A stretch of DNA of 33,093 nt from a virus. Lineage: Duplodnaviria > Caudoviricetes. Where the stretch lies: IMG/VR virus record IMGVR_UViG_3300017722_004904, positions 1 through 33,093 of that record. One strand, given 5' to 3'. Below are positions 8,549 through 17,355 of this stretch, one piece after another. The position numbers were made by a program, and so were the translations under genes. Every line of letters starts with the position of its first letter. Within the stretch, counting starts at the first letter, position 1. Below the pieces are notes generated by a model. It was not told the DNA's origin. It saw only the letters and a list, made by a program, of their open reading frames with translations, and did no database searches.

Positions 8549-9399
8549 TAGAAATTAGATTTAGAACGCATTTCTCTACCGATGCGTTTCATATTAATAT
8601 TAGCTGCTGATTTTTTAGCTTCGAAACGAGTAGTTTTGAAGCGATCCAATGCACGCCTTTTTTCATTACCCGGCACATTCTGTCTTTTCTCAATAGTGGC
8701 GTAATAAGTCCAGTCTTTTAATACTTGTTCTAAGTATTTAGGTACTCTAATTTCTGTTTCTTGCAAGTATTCCCACTGCAAACCATCTGATTTGTATTTT
8801 AAAACAATTTCTTGGTCAATCAATTTAGAATCAAAAACAATTTTACCATTAATAGTATCGACTTTGTATTCTCCATTCACACTAAATACAGACCCATCTA
8901 AAAAGCCTTTAGGGTCATTGCAATTACTAACATATTCATAGGAAGTATGTGGCATATTATAAACATTTGAAGCGTCTGCAGTTACAATATTCCCATCATT
9001 ATCAAAAATAATTTTAGCATCGTTGTCTTGTAAAATTCCTATTGCAGTATTGATATTGTCATTTCTATCTAAAGGAAATAGTTTTCTGGTGGCTGTTAAG
9101 GAATCTACGACTACTACTGAAACACTAGCGCTACTCACATAATCTTGTGGCAGTACAATACAAGCATCATTACCAATAGTCATTTCAATAGCCAAAGTTT
9201 CTTTTGCTACATTTCTAATTAAATCTTTCAATCCCATCTTAGCATGGTAAATCAAGATATTCCTATTGGTGTTTTTAATATAACTGTCTTCTTCAAGTCG
9301 GTCCATCAAAAGGCCGTCAATTACTTCGCTCAAAGGTGTGTATTGGTAGTTACCGTGAGAGGCTTCGTCTTCGTGATATTCTTGGGGAGTTTGTGCCAT
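8548..9399 (-). CDS. Tail ring/tubular structural protein (283 aa)
   Basis: Between adaptor and nozzle genes; LPQDYV and VLKYKSDG motifs resemble crAss-like ring proteins. Confidence 0.65.
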   Translation of the reverse strand: MAQTPQEYHEDEASHGNYQYTPLSEVIDGLLMDRLEEDSYIKNTNRNILIYHAKMGLKDLIRNVAKETLAIEMTIGNDACIVLPQDYVSSASVSVVVVDSLTATRKLFPLDRNDNINTAIGILQDNDAKIIFDNDGNIVTADASNVYNMPHTSYEYVSNCNDPKGFLDGSVFSVNGEYKVDTINGKIVFDSKLIDQEIVLKYKSDGLQWEYLQETEIRVPKYLEQVLKDWTYYATIEKRQNVPGNEKRRALDRFKTTRFEAKKSAANINMKRIGREMRSKSNF

Positions 9400-10097
9400 T
9401 AGTTTCTATTTTTTTTATTCTCTTCATTTACATCTTCATTATTTCCCGATATTTGTAAATCTTGTTCTTTTAAGTTAATTCCAAACTTAACAAGTAACCT
9501 AGCCACAATATCATCCTCTTCTGACGGGTGCATATCAATGTCTTGAAAATCCTGAGCATCTGGATTAAACATTTCAACCCCGTTAAAATATGTATAGGTC
9601 CATTTAGGCATTAAAGGTTTGCGTAGGTAATATGCTGTTACATTTGTAGTGATGGTTGCAGGAAGTATTTCAACAGTATTTCCAATTCTAAATCCAATAG
9701 GAAACTTAACACTTGGTTGCGTATGTTTAAATCGTTTCAAATGATTAAATTCTTGACTGTCCTTACAAATACTTACTTCGTTTACTGAGTTGTAAAATAT
9801 TGATTCTAAATAAACTAAGTTGTCTGGAAGGGTAAATTTGTCAGATGTGTACTCCAATACATTTGGCGTTAGAAAATGTTGCATTTTGGCCCGAACTATG
9901 TCGGTTAGGTTCTCAACACCATTACCAATCAAGCCACGGTTTTGTCTATTGATGTATTTTGTAAGTTCAAAAGGGTATTCCTCAAATTTTTCTAGCATTA
10001 CATTGTAAAGAGCTTTATCAAAATCAGCAGGTTTAATGTTTCCACGAACCTCACTGTTTGCAAGCATCCTAACGGTCTGATACACGTTATCAATCAT
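9399..10097 (-). CDS. Head-tail adaptor / tail tubular ring protein (232 aa)
   Basis: MIDNVYQTV...RGNIKPADF, LPDNL and YLRKP..PKW motifs; first gene of the tail operon. Confidence 0.7.
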   Translation of the reverse strand: MIDNVYQTVRMLANSEVRGNIKPADFDKALYNVMLEKFEEYPFELTKYINRQNRGLIGNGVENLTDIVRAKMQHFLTPNVLEYTSDKFTLPDNLVYLESIFYNSVNEVSICKDSQEFNHLKRFKHTQPSVKFPIGFRIGNTVEILPATITTNVTAYYLRKPLMPKWTYTYFNGVEMFNPDAQDFQDIDMHPSEEDDIVARLLVKFGINLKEQDLQISGNNEDVNEENKKNRN

Positions 10098-10138
10098 AAT
10101 ACATTTTATTTATGTTTTTAATAGAAATTACCGATACA

Positions 10139-10211
10139 AAACACAAATATAATAAATATTTAGTATCAATTATTTATATTAAAAACATAAATTTTTTATA
10201 CTTTTGAAAAA
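10139..10211. promoter_or_regulatory. Divergent promoter module, copy 2 (73 bp)
   Basis: TATATTTG (minus, 10144-10151), TACTTTTG (plus, 10199-10206), palindrome TTTATATT-AAA-AACATAAA at 10173-10191. Confidence 0.8.
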
Positions 10212-10228
10212 ATCAAAAAATAAGCAAT

Positions 10229-10357
10229 ATGAAATTTAATGATAACCTAGATGATGAAAGAGTTGAGTTTACTTTAAAACTAATTATGCTATTCCTTTTA
10301 TACGCATTAGTGATAGTAATTTTATTTGCAGCGATATGCTTATTGTGGATCAAATAA
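10229..10357 (+). CDS. Small single-pass membrane protein (42 aa)
   Basis: MKFNDNLDDERVEFTLKLIMLFLLYALVIVILFAAICLLWIK*; first ATG after the plus-strand promoter; below the ORF-track cutoff. Confidence 0.6.
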   Translation: MKFNDNLDDERVEFTLKLIMLFLLYALVIVILFAAICLLWIK

Positions 10358-10542
10358 AAAGTGAAATTGATAAGAAGTTTAAAGAATCAAGAGGTAACTG
10401 CGGAATTTACTTTGCTGATTTATGTATTAAAATTAATATTGATTTTGAACACATTAGACCTTTTTTAGAACAACTCTATAAAGAGAAATATTTTATAATT
10501 AGAGAGGGGTTGAATGGCAAGATGATATTTAAGAAAAAATAA
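10336..10542 (+). CDS. Small putative winged-helix DNA-binding protein (68 aa)
   Basis: Pattern GIYFADLC.KINI....IRPFLEQLYKEKYFIIREGLNG. Confidence 0.6.
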   Translation: MLIVDQIKSEIDKKFKESRGNCGIYFADLCIKINIDFEHIRPFLEQLYKEKYFIIREGLNGKMIFKKK

Positions 10543-10559
10543 TAATAAATATAATAATA

Positions 10560-10715
10560 ATGAAACTAAATTATTTTATAGTTCATAAAAATAAAAGTCC
10601 AAAAAAAGCCAAATATTCCAAGCCATACAGCAAACTACAGTTGCAAAAAATGCAAGAGTGTACTCAGTTTTTTATTGACGAAACAAACAAGATTAAAAAA
10701 AAATTATCACAATAA
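10560..10715 (+). CDS. Small basic hypothetical protein (51 aa)
   Basis: MKLNYFIVHKNKSPKKAKYSKPYSKLQLQKMQECTQFFIDETNKIKKKLSQ*; ends at the terminator hairpin. Confidence 0.45.
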   Translation: MKLNYFIVHKNKSPKKAKYSKPYSKLQLQKMQECTQFFIDETNKIKKKLSQ

Positions 10716-10741
10716 AAAAGCCCCACTCAATAACGGGGCTT
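10714..10741 (-). terminator. Intrinsic terminator of the capsid operon (possibly bidirectional)
   Basis: AAGCCCC-N10-GGGGCTT preceded by an A run. Confidence 0.7.
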
Positions 10742-10781
10742 CTTCGTGACTGGGAAAGTCAAACCAAACGAAAATGGTATT

Positions 10782-11837
10782 TTATGTGTTTTTAGCTTCT
10801 GTAATTTTATTTTTTATCCACTCTGGATCATTGTAATATCTTGGCGAAACTTCTTTTCCGGTTACTTTTTTGTATTCCTCTTTCAATGCTTCCATGTCTT
10901 CTTTCGCTGCATCAGCAGTTTCAGTAGCAGGATTGTTTTGCGTGTCTGCATTTTCTGCGGTTGTAGTACTCATTTCTGCTAATACTTCAGCTCTAATTTC
11001 AGCTTCTGTTTTTACAGGAGGTAAACTAGCTTTGTATTTAGCAATAGCCTCAGCTTCAATTTCTTCAACTGTTTTTCCTAATTCAACCGTTTCTTTTTCT
11101 GTAACATTTGAAAGTATAGCATCTGCTTTTTCGCCAATGCGTTGCAATACAGAAGTAGAAGACTCGTTTTCTTTTGATAAAAACTCACCAAGCTTATCTA
11201 CACCTTTTTCACCTTCAGCGACACGTACAATTACACCTCCATTTTCATCAGCCCACAAAACTTGTGTTTGAAACTGGTCGTACTTCACAATTCCTTTTGC
11301 AAAAGCTAACGCGGCAATAAAACGACCTTCGTAACCCGGCATGGCCATTTGTTCTAACAATGTTTTGCTATGGTTTTTAGCATACTTCAATAACTCTGAT
11401 TTGCATTTGAATTGCTCCCAATTAGCAGCATCTAATGAAATCAAGATCATAGCCATAGCTTTTAATCTGAAACCATCTTTTTCATTGATAATAGAATTTG
11501 AGGCTTTTGTTAATCTTTCAAAATCAAAAATTTCTTCTTTTGCAGTAGCTTCTTCGTTTACTAAAACGTATTTTTCTTTATACCATGGGTGCGATTGCAT
11601 CAGGTTGTTTAAAACCTTGTCCTCTGGATTTACTCTGATTTCGCCGTCATCAAACCAAATTGGTTTTGGTTTAGCATCGCCTTTGTGATCTTCCTTGTAA
11701 AAAGAACTAGCACCAGGAACGTATTGAATTTCTTTTAAAAGTTTTTCTCCATCAACTTCTCTTGAAACTAGAATACTTCTTAATGGTAATTGAAACGCTC
11801 CGCTTGTTTTCCCTGATTTTAATTTGTAAACATTCAT
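10782..11837 (-). CDS. Protein downstream of MCP, probable head-associated/auxiliary protein (351 aa)
   Basis: ATG start at 11837 preferred because the longer ORF-track start runs into the terminator; acidic linker plus small C-terminal helical domain; function from synteny only. Confidence 0.7.
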   Translation of the reverse strand: MNVYKLKSGKTSGAFQLPLRSILVSREVDGEKLLKEIQYVPGASSFYKEDHKGDAKPKPIWFDDGEIRVNPEDKVLNNLMQSHPWYKEKYVLVNEEATAKEEIFDFERLTKASNSIINEKDGFRLKAMAMILISLDAANWEQFKCKSELLKYAKNHSKTLLEQMAMPGYEGRFIAALAFAKGIVKYDQFQTQVLWADENGGVIVRVAEGEKGVDKLGEFLSKENESSTSVLQRIGEKADAILSNVTEKETVELGKTVEEIEAEAIAKYKASLPPVKTEAEIRAEVLAEMSTTTAENADTQNNPATETADAAKEDMEALKEEYKKVTGKEVSPRYYNDPEWIKNKITEAKNT

Positions 11838-11855
11838 GCTTATAATTTTTAAGTT

Positions 11856-11890
11856 AAAAAAATACAGGAGCACCTTTTACAGCGCTCCTG
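11856..11890 (-). terminator. Intrinsic terminator after MCP
   Basis: Minus strand CAGGAGCGCT-GTAAAA-GGTGCTCCTG-TATTTTTTT. Confidence 0.85.
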
Positions 11891-11899
11891 CTATTATTT

Positions 11900-13249
11900 C
11901 TAGGCGTAAGCAGCGTTACGTCTTCCAATGAAGTACTCATTACCACCAACAAGTTGGTTTAATTGTTCTTGTGTAAAGTGAGACTCCATAGTGTCTTTTT
12001 TGTGATCTGTAAATCCAGGTCCAAAAAGCTTAACTTGTTTCTTTCTGTTTGTGAAACCAGATTTACGGTACTTGATAGTCAAGTAAGCCGCATCTTTAGA
12101 CTCACCATCTTGCATGATAGATTTGTTACCAGCAGGAACCATGATGAACGCAGGAGCCGTAGCTTTAAAGTGTTCAGCACCCATGAATTGTGGGTTGTCA
12201 AGAATTTGCAAAGCAGTAATAAAGAAAGTAATTCCTAAGATAGAAACCGCTTGGAAATCTAATGCCATAGCCATTTCTTTACTGTTATTGAAAATACCAT
12301 AGTTAGCACCATTTACAAATCCTGCATTAACGCCAGCCAACATAGTGTTGAACTTGAACATTTGCATGTGATCAGCATAGATTGTGTAACTAGTACAACC
12401 ACCTTGTTGCTTAATACGGTAAGCGATGTCTGCCAAATCATCGATGTTTTCGATATACTCATTAGCAACGTTTCCTCTTTCTTCAATTTGCTGAACAATA
12501 CCCTTCATACCTCTTGCTTTTCCGGCAACTGTTGAAGCGGCACCATCTGCTGATCTTCTGTGGAAGATATGCGTTATCTCGGCTAAGTTATCGAAATAAC
12601 GAGAATGGTTTGCCAACTCGTGATTAAACCACATCGGACCATCTGGAGTTTCCAACCAAGTATCATGTGCTCTATCAGAGTCATTAATGTCGTAGAAACC
12701 CTTGATGATATGCGTGTGATTTTTGTAGATTGTAGGATCCCAATGAAAACCTTGTGTAAAGTTTTCAGTTCCTTTTGCAAAACGGTTTGAACCACTAAAC
12801 AAAGTCACGTTTCCAGCAAAAGCAAAGGAAGCAGCAGTATCACTCAATGCAGTAAATACTTTTGAAGTAGAAACTGCTGTAACAATTGCCTGATCTTCAT
12901 TAGTACCGTCAGAAATGATAATTACGTCGTTAGGGCGCAATTGGTGGTCAGTTGGCGATGTAAACACGTTTCCTGCTACAGCTACATTCTTAGAAATAGT
13001 GTGCAAACGGTTTTGTTCTCCGTGTTGGATTTCATCTGAGGCGTAAGTCCCTTCGGAACCCGTCATACGTGTAAATCCTAAAATAGAACCTTTACCAAAT
13101 CTCATGTGAAACTTAGAGATAAGTTCAGGTTTGTAAATCATTGCATAGTCATACGGATCGATGAAGTTTGCAGAAGATTTAATTGTGTTAGCCGGTGCAT
13201 CAATAATTGATGGGCCTAACAAGTTGTTGTCGGTTAATTCGAAAGCCAT
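11900..13249 (-). CDS. Major capsid protein (449 aa)
   Basis: Size; position after portal and scaffold; followed by a strong terminator; HK97-like segments (YKNHTHIIK, GMKGIVQQIEERGN). Confidence 0.85.
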   Translation of the reverse strand: MAFELTDNNLLGPSIIDAPANTIKSSANFIDPYDYAMIYKPELISKFHMRFGKGSILGFTRMTGSEGTYASDEIQHGEQNRLHTISKNVAVAGNVFTSPTDHQLRPNDVIIISDGTNEDQAIVTAVSTSKVFTALSDTAASFAFAGNVTLFSGSNRFAKGTENFTQGFHWDPTIYKNHTHIIKGFYDINDSDRAHDTWLETPDGPMWFNHELANHSRYFDNLAEITHIFHRRSADGAASTVAGKARGMKGIVQQIEERGNVANEYIENIDDLADIAYRIKQQGGCTSYTIYADHMQMFKFNTMLAGVNAGFVNGANYGIFNNSKEMAMALDFQAVSILGITFFITALQILDNPQFMGAEHFKATAPAFIMVPAGNKSIMQDGESKDAAYLTIKYRKSGFTNRKKQVKLFGPGFTDHKKDTMESHFTQEQLNQLVGGNEYFIGRRNAAYA

Positions 13250-13271
13250 GATTGAATGGAATTAAGAGTTT

Positions 13272-14417
13272 TTAAATGTCAAACTGAATTCCAAATCCTT
13301 TTGGTTTATTGTTGAAAATGTCTTTTCCTTTATAGCTGTTTCCTGAATTTGGAATACGGTTTCTGTTGAAATTAACATTGTTCTCATTTTGCGTAATTCG
13401 CTCTGTAGTATCAGCAATAGCTTTATTTACAATGGCGCTTACTTCTTTTTCCCAGTTTTTAGGATCTAATCTCCAAATAGATTTTGCGAATCCTTGATGA
13501 TCAAAACCTTTTTCGGTTCTAAAAAGATTAGCTGCTGTTTGATCAATGTCTTCGGTCAACTCCAACATGCTTTTTCTGTCGGATTGATCGTATTCGTAAT
13601 CAAATGCGTAATTCTCTTTAACCCCATTATTATCAAACTCAATGCTTAAAGAAGTTTTGGCGACACTGTCCACCGCTACTTTCATGTCTTCAATATAGGC
13701 TTGACGTTGTTTTTGATGTGCTTCAAAAACAGTTTTTTCTACTTTTTGTCCGTTTTCTAACGTAATCATTTCCACATCTGGATTTTGATCACCTTCTTTT
13801 GCTAACGGTGCTTTAAATTTTTCTTGTGCAGCTTTTAGGCTCTCTCTGTATTCTTTTACAAATTTGTTGAGCTTTAAAGTATCTTTTGTGCTTAATTCAT
13901 CATCAGATAAATCAATGTTTAATTCATCTTCTATGTAAGCAATTAAATCCTCTTGTGAAGCTTCTACTCCAATTTCTTGCTTAACCTTTTCAATTGCCAA
14001 TTCTAAAACAGGTACTTTGTCAAAATCTCTTTGCAACTGTTGGTAATCGCTAATGCCTCTACCAGTTTCAGTATGATAATCCAAAATAGCTTTTAGCTCT
14101 GGATTAATATTTTCGTATGGATTTACTGTTGCTGTTTTTTCCTGAAACAACTCTTCAAAACTAGTTACCTCTTTCCCGTACTTAGATTTAAAAAAACCAC
14201 GAACTTTTTCTTCATCAATATCATCAGCCGGAGGAGTGTCAGCATTATTGTTTTGCTGTTCTTGGTTTGAATCACCTCCTGAATTTGAACCACCATCGTT
14301 AGCCGATCCAGAAGTGTCATTATCATCTACATTTTCGGCTTCCTCGCTTGCCGCTGCAGTATTAACTTCTTTTTCTTCTAAAGCGCCTTCCATGTTTTGT
14401 ATTCCAAATGCACCCAT
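13272..14417 (-). CDS. Putative capsid scaffolding protein (381 aa)
   Basis: Very acidic disordered N-terminus, helical body, ETGRGISDY motif; immediately upstream of MCP. Confidence 0.7.
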   Translation of the reverse strand: MGAFGIQNMEGALEEKEVNTAAASEEAENVDDNDTSGSANDGGSNSGGDSNQEQQNNNADTPPADDIDEEKVRGFFKSKYGKEVTSFEELFQEKTATVNPYENINPELKAILDYHTETGRGISDYQQLQRDFDKVPVLELAIEKVKQEIGVEASQEDLIAYIEDELNIDLSDDELSTKDTLKLNKFVKEYRESLKAAQEKFKAPLAKEGDQNPDVEMITLENGQKVEKTVFEAHQKQRQAYIEDMKVAVDSVAKTSLSIEFDNNGVKENYAFDYEYDQSDRKSMLELTEDIDQTAANLFRTEKGFDHQGFAKSIWRLDPKNWEKEVSAIVNKAIADTTERITQNENNVNFNRNRIPNSGNSYKGKDIFNNKPKGFGIQFDI

Positions 14418-14444
14418 TTTTATAGATTTTCGTTATAGTCTTTA

Positions 14445-14500
14445 CAAATGTAATCATATTTATTTATGATATGCAAATAAATTTATGTTTTAAACATAAA
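14445..14500 (-). promoter_or_regulatory. Capsid operon promoter with operator palindrome
   Basis: TACATTTG on minus strand (14445-14452); perfect TTTATGTT-TTA-AACATAAA at 14482-14500. Confidence 0.7.
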
Positions 14501-14532
14501 AAAGAGCAAGATTTTAAGTCTTGCTCTTTTTT
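14498..14532. terminator. Bidirectional intrinsic terminator
   Basis: AAAAAAGAGCAAGA-TTTTAAG-TCTTGCTCTTTTTT. Confidence 0.85.
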
Positions 14533-14551
14533 GATATGGTTTGTTGTATTT

Positions 14552-14857
14552 CTATTCTTTAAATATCGTCTGCAGGTGTGGCATGGCGTATTGATTCCGA
14601 CAATAATTATAGTTTAGATAATTGGGTACAGGTTCCGGTTCAGGCTCCTTTGCAACATCTAATTTAGCCTTGGGAATTTCAATGTTTCTGCGGACAACAG
14701 CATCAAACAACACTACTACAGTAATTTCATTTGATTTCTGATTAACAAATGTTTTTTCAATTTTTTCTTTTTCGTTTTTTAACTTAAAAGCCTTGACGGG
14801 TGTAAACGCTGAGAGCAAAAAACAAAACAATACCGATAACATAAATACTTTTTTCAT
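14552..14857 (-). CDS. Small exported protein, moron-like (101 aa)
   Basis: Signal peptide MKKVFMLSVLFCFLLSAFTPVKA; own upstream intergenic gap and downstream terminator. Confidence 0.7.
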   Translation of the reverse strand: MKKVFMLSVLFCFLLSAFTPVKAFKLKNEKEKIEKTFVNQKSNEITVVVLFDAVVRRNIEIPKAKLDVAKEPEPEPVPNYLNYNYCRNQYAMPHLQTIFKE

Positions 14858-14934
14858 TGGTTTTAGTTTTGATTAAAAATTAATTCGAAAACAAATACAT
14901 AAAAAAATTAATATAAAAAACATAAAAATTTATG

Positions 14935-17349
14935 TTAATCTGTAAACAACGAATTAAAATCAAAATTGTTTTCAAAGTCTATTGGTCCAGAGTCTTTTTT
15001 ACGCTGCTCTATCATTTCTGAGTTTTGAGTCGATTGCCTATCTAAGCGTTTGTCTTTCGCTTCTTCTTTGAACTGGTTTTCGCTCATTTTTACATTCGCT
15101 TTTACCTGCTCTAAGTAAACGTCTTGTTCAAACTTAATTTGTTCTCCAGGAACATCTATTTCCTTTTTCTTTTGGTACTCCATTAATCGAATACTGGATA
15201 AATTAGCTTCGGCCTCTACATCAATTTGTTTTTGGGCCACATAAGCTTGCGTTTTAGCTTGCGTGGCTGCTTGTGCAGATGCCATGTCGTTTTGGCTTTT
15301 TTCCTTGGCCATAATGGATTGCTCTTCCATTCTTTGCTTGATGCGTTTTCTACGACGGTATTTCATGTATTCCATTGCCAATTTCATATTAGTCATTGCA
15401 ATACGTTGAATTTCAATTTTATCCTCTACATCAATAGTACCCTCTTTCATTGCAATACCCAAATCGTCATAAAGTTCTTGTTGCTGTTTTTGTGAAGGAA
15501 CCATTTCTACAGTAAAACCAAACTCATGAAGGTTTCTATCGGATAAAGCTTCTAATGCTTCTACATTGTGCTTGCCTACGGCATTTTCATAAATTCGTTT
15601 TAAATAGCCGGCTTTGTCGTGCTTAAAAATAGAATGCAAACGCGACGAAATCAACTCGGCTATTTTTTTGTTAAAATCAGTAGCTGCCTCTACAATATGT
15701 TGCGTAGCTGTATTACTGGCTAATTGTGCCATTTGGTTTACCCCTAACAAAGCATCAGAAGGTAATGATCCGTCTCTTGCTGGGTTTACACCAGTAACAT
15801 CACGAATTAAATTGTAATAGTGTGCCCAAGTATTTAGTAAAGGAATCAAGGCGCTACCTTGTGAGTTGCCCATTGGTCTTGCTGGAGAACCTTCTTTTGA
15901 TCCTCCTTCACCCATATCAGTTCGTTGGGTAATAACCACCCCTTTTACGCTTAATAAACTAATGGCCATTTTCCATTTTTCATCTTTGTCACCGCCTTCT
16001 TCTTCATCATCGCCACCAAGATCAGCCAAACTATCCAAATCAATATTAATCAAATCAGGTTTTAACTCTGAGATCAAGTGCTGTATTTTTAAGTGCTGAC
16101 GCTGCAGCTGCTTACACATTGGTTGAATATCGCTAAGAAAAGAGTGCAATCTATTTTCATAAATATTGGTTGCAATAACTACAAATGAAGACTTGGCGCG
16201 GTTAAGATCATCACGCTCTAGGTTTTCGCATTCTTGGTAGCCATAAATTTCATCGGCACCAACTATGTAGTTTCCTTCATACCAAGTATCAAGCGTTTTA
16301 GACATTTTTAAACCTGCTAAATTTTCTGGAGGATTAAAGTTTTCGTCTTTTTTTGATACCTTAGTTACTTGCCCTTTTCTGTTTACGTTCTTTTTATACA
16401 CCATGGTTTTTGACGATTTATAAGTAAATCGCATTACGTGAATACGCATATCCAGTAGTTTTTCCATGTTGCATTGGTCAAAATCTGTTTCAAAAAGAGT
16501 GTTTGATACACTTTGCTTTTTAGCTATTTTTTGTAATGTAGCATTGTCAAAACCGCTCTCTCTTTTAATATCATTTATTGAAATAGTATCTACTACAAAA
16601 TGATAAAAAGCATCGCTAAAATCATTCTCTTCGACAAAGCTGTGCCCGTAGTTTTCTGGATTAATCGCCTTGATCATTACGCCATCATTTTTATCAATGA
16701 AGCATCGTCCTACTGCAATACCTATTTCTACAAGGTCCTTGTTTTTAACACGTTCTATCGTTTTCCAGTTATGGGTATTCTTTACATAATTGATCATTAC
16801 CTCTTCGGCAATTTCAATCATAGGCTTGTCTTTTATCTGCATGTAAAGATCTAACTCTTCCTCGTCTTCCGGAACAAATCCTTTGGGAGTTAAGTCAGGT
16901 AATCCAAGTTCCTTTGCACGCTCTAGCATAGGTCGTGCATACATCTTGCTTTTCATGATGTTAACACGGTCTTGTTTTAGCTTTAAAGAAACAGCATCAG
17001 CAGCACGAATATCTAAATTGTAATTGCTGTCTTGAATACCATTAGAAACAATACGGCAAAATTTTTGGGCTAAGTTCAATTGTTCCCAGTCTAAATTTAC
17101 ATAATCTAAATCGCCTGCATTTCTGGCAAACAAATCTTTGTCTGATTTTGTATCAGATTCAGCTCGAACAAATAATCTTTTTTCGCGGATCCAGTTTCTA
17201 CGCGTCATAAAATTACAGTTCTTTGATTCTATACCACCATTAAACCATTCACTTTCAATAAAGTGTGCCATTTGCAAACCGTAAGTGTTTTGTTTTTTTT
17301 CAGCATCAGGTGCTAATGGATCGGGTATTCTGTAGGTTTTTGAACTCAT
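14935..17349 (-). CDS. Portal protein (804 aa)
   Basis: Directly follows TerL; IRDVTGVNPARDGS and LGVNQMAQLASNTAT motifs; long C-terminal coiled-coil barrel. Confidence 0.9.
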   Translation of the reverse strand: MSSKTYRIPDPLAPDAEKKQNTYGLQMAHFIESEWFNGGIESKNCNFMTRRNWIREKRLFVRAESDTKSDKDLFARNAGDLDYVNLDWEQLNLAQKFCRIVSNGIQDSNYNLDIRAADAVSLKLKQDRVNIMKSKMYARPMLERAKELGLPDLTPKGFVPEDEEELDLYMQIKDKPMIEIAEEVMINYVKNTHNWKTIERVKNKDLVEIGIAVGRCFIDKNDGVMIKAINPENYGHSFVEENDFSDAFYHFVVDTISINDIKRESGFDNATLQKIAKKQSVSNTLFETDFDQCNMEKLLDMRIHVMRFTYKSSKTMVYKKNVNRKGQVTKVSKKDENFNPPENLAGLKMSKTLDTWYEGNYIVGADEIYGYQECENLERDDLNRAKSSFVVIATNIYENRLHSFLSDIQPMCKQLQRQHLKIQHLISELKPDLINIDLDSLADLGGDDEEEGGDKDEKWKMAISLLSVKGVVITQRTDMGEGGSKEGSPARPMGNSQGSALIPLLNTWAHYYNLIRDVTGVNPARDGSLPSDALLGVNQMAQLASNTATQHIVEAATDFNKKIAELISSRLHSIFKHDKAGYLKRIYENAVGKHNVEALEALSDRNLHEFGFTVEMVPSQKQQQELYDDLGIAMKEGTIDVEDKIEIQRIAMTNMKLAMEYMKYRRRKRIKQRMEEQSIMAKEKSQNDMASAQAATQAKTQAYVAQKQIDVEAEANLSSIRLMEYQKKKEIDVPGEQIKFEQDVYLEQVKANVKMSENQFKEEAKDKRLDRQSTQNSEMIEQRKKDSGPIDFENNFDFNSLFTD

Positions 17350-17355
17350 GGTTGG

